Part shown: positions 9,449 to 18,155 of the stretch, piece after piece
Numbering within the stretch: position 1 is the stretch's first letter
Layout of the letters: each line of letters starts with the position of its first letter
Virus record (IMG/VR): IMGVR_UViG_3300009502_000110
Coordinates: 1-39,142 of that record
Origin: a virus
Lineage: Duplodnaviria > Caudoviricetes
Direction: 5' to 3' (one strand)
Length of the DNA: 39,142 nucleotides
The notes under the pieces: model-generated
The model's database searches: none
What the model was told of the DNA's origin: nothing
What the model saw: only the letters and a program-made list of their open reading frames with translations
Position numbers and translations under genes: made by a program

Positions 9449-9841
9449 ATGATCTTTTCAGCCCAAATGAACCGCCTCCTGGCGTTTTTCAAAAACGGCA
9501 AGGCCGCGGATACCAATATCTACCAACCCGATGATGTAGCAGCCGCAATGAGCGCCAATGAAGCCGCCTACGCGGCCGGGATCTCCGCCAAGCACATCGC
9601 TTCCGGTGCTTTCCGTATCTTGCCGTTCAGCGGTGTGGACGGCAGCGGGGAAACTCCCAACCTGGCATGCACCCTGACGGGCGCACTGGCCGCTGACACA
9701 GTGGCCGCAGTGATCGACACAGCCGATTTCAGCGATCAGCGCAGCAAGTTTTCCAGCAGCACCGGCGCGAACGTCATCACCCAATCCTCCCTGACGGATC
9801 TGCACACTCATAAATACCTGGCACTGTTGATCAAGGCCTGA
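9449..9841 (+). CDS. Putative head decoration/structural protein
   Basis: GGAG RBS, Ala/Thr/Ser-rich, immediately after the capsid gene. Confidence 0.55.
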   Translation: MIFSAQMNRLLAFFKNGKAADTNIYQPDDVAAAMSANEAAYAAGISAKHIASGAFRILPFSGVDGSGETPNLACTLTGALAADTVAAVIDTADFSDQRSKFSSSTGANVITQSSLTDLHTHKYLALLIKA

Positions 9842-9844
9842 GAA

Positions 9845-10051
9845 ATGCCCCAAAATAACGCTGCAAAGCCCTACAAATTGGTTGCCAGTGAGGCACGTTG
9901 GATTTCCTTCGAGGGAAATACCTACCCGGTCAAAAACGGGACTGTGTATTTGATGGAGATCGAAGCGAAACCATTCCTGCGCTCGGGCGCCATCCTGCCA
10001 GTTGACGAACCAGAACCGGTGCAAGCCGGGCTGGATCTGAAGGTGAAGTAA
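9845..10051 (+). CDS. Small virion-associated hypothetical protein
   Basis: Tightly packed between neighbours in the head-tail region. Confidence 0.6.
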   Translation: MPQNNAAKPYKLVASEARWISFEGNTYPVKNGTVYLMEIEAKPFLRSGAILPVDEPEPVQAGLDLKVK

Positions 10052-10648
10052 ATGGACTACACCACTCTGGGTAATGCCAAATCCATCCTGGATGCCATCG
10101 GCACAAGCGATGACATCCTTTTGGCGCGCATGATCACGGAAGCCAGCCGGGCCGCAGATCGGCACTGCGCTGGGTTTGTCAATTATTCTGACAACTACTT
10201 CCAGATTGAAACGATCACAGATGACAGCCGGAAAGGCCTCCTGGATCGGGATGGCAATATCCTGGTGTATGCACGCAAGCCATTGGTGAGCAGCGTGAGC
10301 GGCTTTTCCTACCGGTATAACCCGCTCTCACCGTGGCTTGACGTGCCGCTCAGCCAGATCACGTTTGATGGTTATGTCATCAAAGCCTGGATTGGTTTGC
10401 TGGCCAGCACCCGCGGCCGGATTGAAACCAAAGTAAGTTACGCAGGCGGCCTGGCCAGCAGCATCTCCGGGCTGCCCAATGACATCATCAACGCGGTTGA
10501 TCTGTTGAGCGTGCGGATGTACCGCGAAAGCAAGACCGGTGTGACCGACAGCATCGGCGTGGCAGAACTGGGCACCCTGCAATACACCAAGGCTCTGCCG
10601 GTGCGGTTCGTGAAACTGCTGAGCCCCTGGCAAAGGAAGTTCGCGTGA
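10052..10648 (+). CDS. Head-tail connector/adaptor (gp6/gp15-like)
   Basis: MDYTTL..AK start, EASRAADRHC, VSYAGG..LPNDI, LLSPW motifs. Confidence 0.8.
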   Translation: MDYTTLGNAKSILDAIGTSDDILLARMITEASRAADRHCAGFVNYSDNYFQIETITDDSRKGLLDRDGNILVYARKPLVSSVSGFSYRYNPLSPWLDVPLSQITFDGYVIKAWIGLLASTRGRIETKVSYAGGLASSISGLPNDIINAVDLLSVRMYRESKTGVTDSIGVAELGTLQYTKALPVRFVKLLSPWQRKFA

Positions 10649-11109
10649 CCACGCTCAACAATATCAAAACGCGCCTGGCCGCCATTGCCGCAACCGTAAG
10701 TGGCATCCAACGCACCTACGCGGAAGCGCCTGCCAGCCTGCCGGATGCTGATCTGCCCATCCTCATTCCCTTCGCAGGGCCAGCGACGTTCAATAAGATC
10801 GCTGAGACACTGGGGGAAGAGACACGCACCTTCCAGTTACGCCTGTATGTAGTCCATAAGCAGGCCGGATACCCTGGGGAAGCCGAGAAGACTGTGGAAC
10901 CCTTCCTGACATCTGTCAGGGATGTCTTCCTGGCACATCCGATGCTGGGGCTGGGACAGAACGCGCAGTTGGCATTTATCGAAAAATCGACCTTCCTGGG
11001 CGATTCGGGAATAGTGGTGCTGCCCTTTGCCGGTGAAGATTATGTGGGCACGGAATACAAGATCGCAGTGACCAGCATCACGCCCATCACGATCGCGGCA
11101 TTCGAGTAA
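10645..11109 (+). CDS. Tail terminator/completion protein
   Basis: Size, position before the tail tube, GTGA overlap with the upstream gene. Confidence 0.6.
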   Translation: MTTLNNIKTRLAAIAATVSGIQRTYAEAPASLPDADLPILIPFAGPATFNKIAETLGEETRTFQLRLYVVHKQAGYPGEAEKTVEPFLTSVRDVFLAHPMLGLGQNAQLAFIEKSTFLGDSGIVVLPFAGEDYVGTEYKIAVTSITPITIAAFE

Positions 11110-11117
11110 GGAGAAAC

Positions 11118-11288
11118 ATGCACACCCAGGAATGTCCCATCTGTCATCAAAGCCTGGAAGCCCAGGTCAGCAGCAGCGGCGTCATCTCGTACCAATGTGA
11201 CTGCGCCGGATTTATGAGGAACGTAATCGAAATCATTCCGCCCGCGCAGGCTGAGGAAGCCCGGCAGGCACAAGGAGAAAATCAATGA
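11118..11288 (+). CDS. 56-aa zinc-ribbon-like protein (absent from the ORF track)
   Basis: AAGGAG RBS; MHTQECPICHQ...YQCDCAG; stop overlaps the tail tube start (ATGA). Confidence 0.65.
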   Translation: MHTQECPICHQSLEAQVSSSGVISYQCDCAGFMRNVIEIIPPAQAEEARQAQGENQ

Positions 11289-12094
11289 GTGCACCTACCG
11301 AAAAAACGCTGAACTTTGGTTTGCGCTATGCCAGCGTATTTGGCCTGAACATCAACGGCACCCCAAATGCCGTTGGCACAACGCCTTATGAAGGCGCCCA
11401 GTTCAAGGGCTCGACCGCCTTTGACCTGACCATCCCGGATGCCCGCAAGATCGTGGGGCTGGGGGAAGATGGCATCACCCAGGTAGTATTCCTGCCGCCT
11501 TCGGATGCCGCCACCGGCAAACTGCATGTCGAAGCTGGCGACCCGGTCATCGCCGCGCAATTGGACGGCACGCTGGTATCAACGATCGGAGAAACCACGG
11601 TTGTGGGAGTGGCCACCGACAAACAGGGCTTTGAGCCGCGCGTGGCCCTGATGCTCTATCAGGCTGCCCGAGGCATTGAAACTGGACAGGTGTACTGGCA
11701 CACCTACCTGCTGCCATCTGCTCAGGTGGTGCGCAAGGCCAACCCGATGAACGCCAACAAGGCCGAAACCGAATACCAGATCGCGCCAAACCGGGTATCC
11801 AAACATTTATGGGGCACCGCGTTCGCCACCGGGGTGGAAGGTTTCCTGCAGGCCCAGATACTCGAATTCTGGAGCAATTACCCGCTGCGCATCGCTGCCT
11901 TCGTGGCCGATGGCACCGTGGTGGATTTCAGCTTCCCAACCAACAGCCCGGCAGTCCAGACCACTGGAATCGTGGTTTGGGATAACGATACGATTGTCGC
12001 CACTGGCCTGACCAAGACGATTGCCAAGGTCACGTTTGCCACAGCACCCGCAGCCACGCATCGCATCGTCACTCTGCGCGAAGTGGCAGGATAG
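11285..12094 (+). CDS. Major tail (tube) protein with C-terminal beta-sandwich
   Basis: AAGGAG RBS; position before chaperone and tape measure; C-terminal ADGT...VTFATAPAA domain. Confidence 0.75.
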   Translation: MSAPTEKTLNFGLRYASVFGLNINGTPNAVGTTPYEGAQFKGSTAFDLTIPDARKIVGLGEDGITQVVFLPPSDAATGKLHVEAGDPVIAAQLDGTLVSTIGETTVVGVATDKQGFEPRVALMLYQAARGIETGQVYWHTYLLPSAQVVRKANPMNANKAETEYQIAPNRVSKHLWGTAFATGVEGFLQAQILEFWSNYPLRIAAFVADGTVVDFSFPTNSPAVQTTGIVVWDNDTIVATGLTKTIAKVTFATAPAATHRIVTLREVAG

Positions 12095-12101
12095 GATAGG
12101 T

Positions 12102-12458
12102 ATGAAAGAAGCCAAGTTAAGTATGGAAGTTGAAGGCGTGCCGGTGGATCTGATCCTCCGGCGCGCCACTATTGCGGATGATATGCGCCGCGGCATGCTG
12201 GCCGCCAGGGCCATGCAGACACCGCACGCGGATCCGGCTGAACAGACTGTGGCCGTGGTGATCTATCCGCGCTGTCTGGGCTGTGTGCTATCCGGCACGG
12301 TCAATGGCCAGCCTGCGGCAGAACTGAGCATCGATGATTTCATCGGGCTGCCCTTTGAAATTGGAGAAGCCTGGCTGAGTTCCGCGCTTGATCTGAACCC
12401 GAGCTGGCGCCTGACAGTACCCAGCGCAGAGGAACAGACCGATACCAAAAAAAAATAA
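12102..12458 (+). CDS. Tail assembly chaperone (gpG-like)
   Basis: Between tube and tape measure; ends in A9 slippery run ACC AAA AAA AAA TAA. Confidence 0.8.
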   Translation: MKEAKLSMEVEGVPVDLILRRATIADDMRRGMLAARAMQTPHADPAEQTVAVVIYPRCLGCVLSGTVNGQPAAELSIDDFIGLPFEIGEAWLSSALDLNPSWRLTVPSAEEQTDTKKK

Positions 12459-12739
12459 TCCAGGTCGTTGGGCGGCTGAATGCGTTTTACTGCCCGGCGG
12501 CCGATGATAATGGCGATTTCGCGGATGAAGATTATGGGTTGGGCGATATCCCGCCCGAAACGCTGGAACAGGCCACGAATGTATTGTTCTTCCTGGAAAC
12601 GATTGACTGGAAATGGGATATCAACACCCTGCTCAACCAACCCAACGAATTATTCAACGCCATCCTGAAGCTGCTGATCGCCGGTCGAAAACTTCAGAAG
12701 CAAAACCAGAAAAAAGCCGCACTCACTGACGAGGCCTGA
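12452..12739 (+). CDS. -1 frameshift extension of the tail chaperone (gpT-like)
   Basis: The -1 frame is open from the A9 run (KIIQVVGRLNAFYC...) and continuous with track ORF 12539-12739; stop overlaps the tape measure start. Confidence 0.8.
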   Translation, partial: KIIQVVGRLNAFYCPAADDNGDFADEDYGLGDIPPETLEQATNVLFFLETIDWKWDINTLLNQPNELFNAILKLLIAGRKLQKQNQKKAALTDEA

Positions 12740-14913
12740 TGGAACAAGAAGAAATTCAACTGCTGCTTAGGTTCGCCCTGCTGGACCAGGATAAAGCCAA
12801 GCAAGCCTCAGACAAATTGGCTGAAATAGAAGAGCGCATGCAGCTCCTGCAAAAGGTCTCCGATGGATTGAAGACCAGCATGGGCAACGCGCTTTCAGGC
12901 AGCGAGTACTCTGATGGGCTAAAAACCAAACTGGGCTTGGTTGAAGACGAAATGGTCAGTCTGGAAGGCGAGGCTGGTAAGCTCAAACAGCAAATCAATG
13001 ACGCGCTATCGGGGAATGACACCGGAACTGGCACTGGCAGCAGTGCCCAGGTATTGGGCGGTTTCCAGACCAGGTTTGCGCTCAGCGAGATCAGCCGGGT
13101 GGGGATGGCGGTGGCCAACGCTGGCACTGCCATCAATAATGTCATCACCGGCTCGATCACTGCTTACCTGGCTACAGCCAACGCATTTGACAGCAGCGCC
13201 AATCGCTGGAAAGCGGCCCAGGCTGAAATGCAGGCCAGCTTTGCGCGAATCGGCGGCATAGCCATCCAGCAGCTTCTGCCTACCGTGGAACTGGTGGCCA
13301 GGGTGACCGATGATATTGCCAAACTGGTGGAGAAGAACCCCTGGATGGTTAACGCAGCGGTGGGCATGGGTTCGGTTATGTTGCTGATCGGCAAGACCAC
13401 TGAGCTGATCACCCAGACCGCCCTGCTGATCATGGCCGTGCAGATGCTCCAAAAGACCTCCATGTTTTCCAGCCTGACCGGCATGCTGGGAGGCGGTGGA
13501 GCCGCGGGCGCCCTTGGAGCTGTAGCACTCCCGGTGGCTGGTATCGTGACCGCGATTACGGGCGGTGTGCTGGCCGGATTGGCTGGCAATGAGCTGTTGA
13601 ACAAAGGGGGCGCTCCCAACGCCCCCACCAACCAGGTGCTGACTGTCGGCGCCCTGGGCCTGGGCACCATGTTTGGCAATCTCATGAACCTGGATGACAA
13701 AGAAATTCAACGCAAGGCGCTGGTGTTTGCGGCGGTGATTGCGAAAATGACCGGCGCCATCGATGAAAATTCGCCGATGTGGCTGAAGGCCTGGCAGTCC
13801 ATACCGCAGAACGCTCCGAGCACTACCAACGACCAGACTTTTGCGCAGCAAAATGTAGATCTGTATATCCAGTATGAACAAGCAAAAGCGGATGCGGCCG
13901 CTAAATATGGCGAACAGATCAAACAGGTGGAAGCTGACACAGCAGCAAAGCGCGTGCAGATCATCCAGCAGTTTGCAACCCAGGCAGCCGCGGCTGAGTC
14001 CAATTATGCCAGGCAGCGCTCCAGCGCTGTCAGCAGCTACCAGAACGCAGAGGCCAAGGCCGAGGAAGCATACCAACAGCAGCGCCTGAAGGCCCAGGAA
14101 ACTTTCAACGTGGATATGCAGCGCATGGCGCAGGATCACCAGATTGCCCTGCAGAAGCTGGAAGAGGGTCACACCAGCCGGGTGCGCGATCTGGTGGCCG
14201 CCCGCGACGCCCTGGGATTGATGAAAGAAAATGAGTCGTACCAGCAGCAGAAAAATGATGAGAATTCCAAGTACAACCTGGAAGCGCAGCGCAAAAAAGA
14301 AGATTACCAGCGCCAGATGGCTGATCTGCTGACCAACTTCATCACCCAGCGCAACCAGCGCGCCAAAGATTTTGCCATTCAGATGGCCGACATGGCCAAG
14401 GCCCACGCGGCTGAAATGGCCACGCTGCAGCAGAATGAACAGGATCAACTGGACTTGCTGGCAAAATCCAAGCAGGATCAGCTCAGCAAACTCAGGGATG
14501 CATACGCGCAGCAAGTGGATTTGCTCGATAAAGGATTCATCCAGCAAATCAACAAAATGTTGGGCATCGCCATCCCCGAGGTTGCGAAATATATCAGCCA
14601 GTTTGCACAGTACGTTGCGGATTTGCGCGCCAAGGCAAACGCTACATCTGGCCAGAAAGCCGCTGGCGGCCCGGTGATGGGTGGACTGACTTACCTGGTG
14701 GGCGAGAATGGCCCTGAGCTGTTCACGGCCCCATCCAATGGCAGCATTGTCCCCAATGGGCTGACCTCAAAGATGCTCAGCCAGGCAGGCAGCGGTGGCC
14801 GCAGCATGACCCTGAAGATTGAGAGCCAGGCTTTGACCATGACCGAGATCGTCAGCGAATTGGATCGGCGCTTTGCGCGTTATGACCAGGTTCTGACTAG
14901 CGCGTTCGCGTAG
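12739..14913 (+). CDS. Tail tape measure protein
   Basis: 724 aa, Ala/Gln-rich helical, hydrophobic middle, C-terminal AAGGPV...YLVGENGPELF..P motif. Confidence 0.92.
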   Translation: MEQEEIQLLLRFALLDQDKAKQASDKLAEIEERMQLLQKVSDGLKTSMGNALSGSEYSDGLKTKLGLVEDEMVSLEGEAGKLKQQINDALSGNDTGTGTGSSAQVLGGFQTRFALSEISRVGMAVANAGTAINNVITGSITAYLATANAFDSSANRWKAAQAEMQASFARIGGIAIQQLLPTVELVARVTDDIAKLVEKNPWMVNAAVGMGSVMLLIGKTTELITQTALLIMAVQMLQKTSMFSSLTGMLGGGGAAGALGAVALPVAGIVTAITGGVLAGLAGNELLNKGGAPNAPTNQVLTVGALGLGTMFGNLMNLDDKEIQRKALVFAAVIAKMTGAIDENSPMWLKAWQSIPQNAPSTTNDQTFAQQNVDLYIQYEQAKADAAAKYGEQIKQVEADTAAKRVQIIQQFATQAAAAESNYARQRSSAVSSYQNAEAKAEEAYQQQRLKAQETFNVDMQRMAQDHQIALQKLEEGHTSRVRDLVAARDALGLMKENESYQQQKNDENSKYNLEAQRKKEDYQRQMADLLTNFITQRNQRAKDFAIQMADMAKAHAAEMATLQQNEQDQLDLLAKSKQDQLSKLRDAYAQQVDLLDKGFIQQINKMLGIAIPEVAKYISQFAQYVADLRAKANATSGQKAAGGPVMGGLTYLVGENGPELFTAPSNGSIVPNGLTSKMLSQAGSGGRSMTLKIESQALTMTEIVSELDRRFARYDQVLTSAFA

Positions 14914-14921
14914 GATGCCCC

Positions 14922-15314
14922 ATGACAATCTCAGACTTCAAAATAGGTACAACTTTGGCAGGAATGACCAACCTGGAGGCTCTCACAGCGCCTATTTCCG
15001 CACCGCGCACGCCCTTCAAGCCCTGGGCTACCAGTGTGGTGGCAGCCAGTGGCGTGAGCATCGGCAAGGGCTTCCCGTCCTGCCAGTGGATCTTCAGTCA
15101 GCTCACGCCTGCCCAGCGCGATCAGTTGCGCGCGTTCTGCACGGGCAAGAGCGCCACGGTTTACATCCGCACCATGACAAATGACAGTAGCGATAGCTAT
15201 GCCAACTATCAGGCCATCATGGCCTGGCCGGATGATGAGAAGCGCGATCCAACCAAGCGCCATGATCGCCTGGAACTGACCATCGCATTCACGATGCTGG
15301 TTTTGCAATCATGA
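14922..15314 (+). CDS. Distal tail/minor tail protein
   Basis: Follows tape measure; GxPxxxWxF and VYIRT pattern. Confidence 0.6.
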   Translation: MTISDFKIGTTLAGMTNLEALTAPISAPRTPFKPWATSVVAASGVSIGKGFPSCQWIFSQLTPAQRDQLRAFCTGKSATVYIRTMTNDSSDSYANYQAIMAWPDDEKRDPTKRHDRLELTIAFTMLVLQS

Positions 15315-18154
15315 CGACCACCATTCAAACCACGCCCCAGAAAGCAAAGGTTTATGCCATTTTCGACAACCCGCCGGTGGTGTTTGCCTGCCGAATCAAC
15401 CAGGTTTTTAGCGGCACGGACCGTATTGCAAGTTTTGTATTTGACAGCGTGACGACCGGTGCATACAGCGACTGTCTGCCAGGCATGACCGTGCTGTTTG
15501 GCACGGCCCCGGGAGCCAATGATGCTGGCATATCCTACTGTCGCAAGACTCCAACCTCCGTCCGTTTTTTTTGCGGCGAAAGCTCGGATGTGGCCTTTGC
15601 CGACAACCTGTACGTGACAGCCCTGCAAGATTGGGGCGTTTGGACAGAAACCATGACGGTCACAGATGCACAGGTTGAATACATGAAATACGATGTGGCC
15701 TATACCGACCAGCATTTGCATCTGCTGCCAGTACCGGTAATCGGCCCTGACCGGGTGGTGCGCTATAACGGCTCACCGGTTAGTGTATCCTTCGATGGCA
15801 GCGGGTCATGGGCCTTCGACTCAACGATTGCCAGCCATGCCTGGAGCTGCGCAGGCGCCACCATCACTGGCGGATCGACCGCCACTCCCACCCTCAGTTT
15901 CAGCGCCACCGGGCGCTATCTGGTCAAATACACTGTTACCAGTGCGGCCGGTGCAGTCAGCAGCACCTACCGCACGGTGCATGTCTGGGCGCCGGGATCC
16001 GGCCCGGCCGTTTATGATGTCCTACTGGGTACCATGACCGGTGACTTTAATAATGGTGGCTGGGATTACACCATCACAGTCAGCAGCAATGCCGCAGCCG
16101 ACATCCGGGTGCGCAGCAAGATCATCCTGTTCAGCGAGGAATGGTACGGGAATGATCTGATCAGTTACGGGCCATGTGTGGGCGCAGAAAATGTAGTGGC
16201 CATCGGTTGGGTGGGAAACGAAAAGATCGTGGTGGATGTCAACCAGGGCCTAGTGACTTTTGAGGCCCACGGTCCACATTATTGGCTACAGCAGGAACAT
16301 AACTTCATCCCGGTTGGATTGGTTTTGGTGTCCGGCACACCGGCAAGCTGGATGGAGATGGCCACCCTGAATACTGACCGGGCCCTCTGGCATTATCTGA
16401 TGTGGCGCTCCACACTATCCAACTGCGTGGACATCCATTTGACTGGCAACACAGATAGCTGCATCCAGTTCAGCGCCCAGGCCAATAGCCTGTGGGATCA
16501 GCTCAAAGAGTTGTCTTTTAATTACATTTTGGCGCTGCCCTGCACAGATCGTTATGGACGACTGTTTGTGCAGATTGACCCGGTACTGGTGCCTGTGGCC
16601 AGCCGCAGCGGGATCCCGGTCACGGCCAGCATTGGCCATGATGACTGCGAGAGCATGTCGATTGATCGTCTGGAGGTGCCTGCCACCTCGCAGATATTGC
16701 TCAGCGGCGTGGTCAGCACCGGAACGTATGCCAGCCCGAGTGACAAAGCTCTCTTCAGCCTGGCGCCCGGGCATATCCCCGGTCATTACGGCAGCCCCAC
16801 CAATGTTGATAAGTTGGTGTTGGTCAGCCAGGCTCAGGCCAACGAACTGGCCGGGAATGTTCTGGAGAAGGCCAGATTACCCTATCGCTTTAATTTTTCC
16901 AACCTGCTGTACAACAACCGGCTGGTGGATATTTGTCCAAGGCAGTTTGTGTATGCCACTATCGCATCCCCAGACAGCGTGCGCGGCATTTCCTACGTGG
17001 GAAATGCGGTGGTCAAGACCATTGAGATGGTCATTGATCAGGGTGCCTGGAAGATCAACTGGAAGGGGGAACCGGAAACCAAAGCCAATCTTTACACCAC
17101 TGGAGACACACCGGTGGTAACCGGGCTGGATGGGAATGGAGATTTTACGACTACAAATTTTATATTCCCCAAAATGCCGCCCATGCCAGGCTTTGGCGGT
17201 GGGGGAATCATCCCGTCGCCGCCACCACCCGCCCCGGTGATCATCACGCCTTCAGCGTGTGATGATAGTTTGGCTGTCAACACCAGCCTGATTTGGGATA
17301 AGACAACTCTGACCGGTGTGGCCGGGGACAACACCACCACGGCCTGGAACCGCTGTGTGGTGCGCAATGGGTCATACCTGGATATCGCCGTTGTCTATCA
17401 GACTGGCGTAACTCCGACGTTTCATTGCTATGCCATCGACCGCTCTGGAAACAATCTCGTCCCAGGCAGCATTTCCGTGACCGATTATGGTTATTTTGGA
17501 GCGCGCACAGAGGCGTTCCTGCATATCACCTTTGCGCCAGTCTCCAACACTGCTGCCGATGGCTTTGAATTTGGCATAGATGTTGGAACGTACATATTCA
17601 ACGAGGGCATACCGCAAACAAACCCGGTCACACCTTCTGTTGGTGGCCCCGATCCGTTCAATACAAATCTTACATATTCTGTAACGAACAATGATCTTGC
17701 TGACGGTATCTATAGTTTTCACGCAAGCGGAAGTTACGACTGCGAATATGTATATAACGGAGCGTGGACGCTGATTCGAGCCGAGATGTCTCATATAATT
17801 CCTACTACCGGACAATTCTGGTTACATGTTACGGGGACTATTATCGATATTGATCATGGCGGTAGAGGTGGAAATCCATCTTTTCAGATTGATGGGCATG
17901 GTGGTTTTCCCAATCCAACCACGGTACCGCTTTCCAGTAATACAACAAACGAAATAGATTTTCTTTGGCCTTGTAACTTACCTGGTCAAGCAGCAGAAAA
18001 TTGTGGGGATGTCCAATTTACAATATCATCTTATGGTGGGCACGAGGAGATCTGGAGTTTGGAATTTACTCTTTACTGGTCTGATGCGGTGCCTATGCAG
18101 CCAAATGTCACGTTATCACCCGCTGATCTGTATAACGTTTGTCCGGCCACATAA
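15311..18154 (+). CDS. Tail tip/hub protein with PKD domain and variable C-terminus
   Basis: PKD-like VSFDGSGSW...HAWS...TGRYLVKYTVT; DRYGRL hub-like motif; Pro/Gly linker; AT-richer 3' end. Confidence 0.7.
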   Translation: MTTTIQTTPQKAKVYAIFDNPPVVFACRINQVFSGTDRIASFVFDSVTTGAYSDCLPGMTVLFGTAPGANDAGISYCRKTPTSVRFFCGESSDVAFADNLYVTALQDWGVWTETMTVTDAQVEYMKYDVAYTDQHLHLLPVPVIGPDRVVRYNGSPVSVSFDGSGSWAFDSTIASHAWSCAGATITGGSTATPTLSFSATGRYLVKYTVTSAAGAVSSTYRTVHVWAPGSGPAVYDVLLGTMTGDFNNGGWDYTITVSSNAAADIRVRSKIILFSEEWYGNDLISYGPCVGAENVVAIGWVGNEKIVVDVNQGLVTFEAHGPHYWLQQEHNFIPVGLVLVSGTPASWMEMATLNTDRALWHYLMWRSTLSNCVDIHLTGNTDSCIQFSAQANSLWDQLKELSFNYILALPCTDRYGRLFVQIDPVLVPVASRSGIPVTASIGHDDCESMSIDRLEVPATSQILLSGVVSTGTYASPSDKALFSLAPGHIPGHYGSPTNVDKLVLVSQAQANELAGNVLEKARLPYRFNFSNLLYNNRLVDICPRQFVYATIASPDSVRGISYVGNAVVKTIEMVIDQGAWKINWKGEPETKANLYTTGDTPVVTGLDGNGDFTTTNFIFPKMPPMPGFGGGGIIPSPPPPAPVIITPSACDDSLAVNTSLIWDKTTLTGVAGDNTTTAWNRCVVRNGSYLDIAVVYQTGVTPTFHCYAIDRSGNNLVPGSISVTDYGYFGARTEAFLHITFAPVSNTAADGFEFGIDVGTYIFNEGIPQTNPVTPSVGGPDPFNTNLTYSVTNNDLADGIYSFHASGSYDCEYVYNGAWTLIRAEMSHIIPTTGQFWLHVTGTIIDIDHGGRGGNPSFQIDGHGGFPNPTTVPLSSNTTNEIDFLWPCNLPGQAAENCGDVQFTISSYGGHEEIWSLEFTLYWSDAVPMQPNVTLSPADLYNVCPAT

Positions 18155-18155
18155 A

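Noticed and set aside
13006-14547. 513-aa minus-strand ORF
   Set aside because: Antisense shadow of the tape measure gene.
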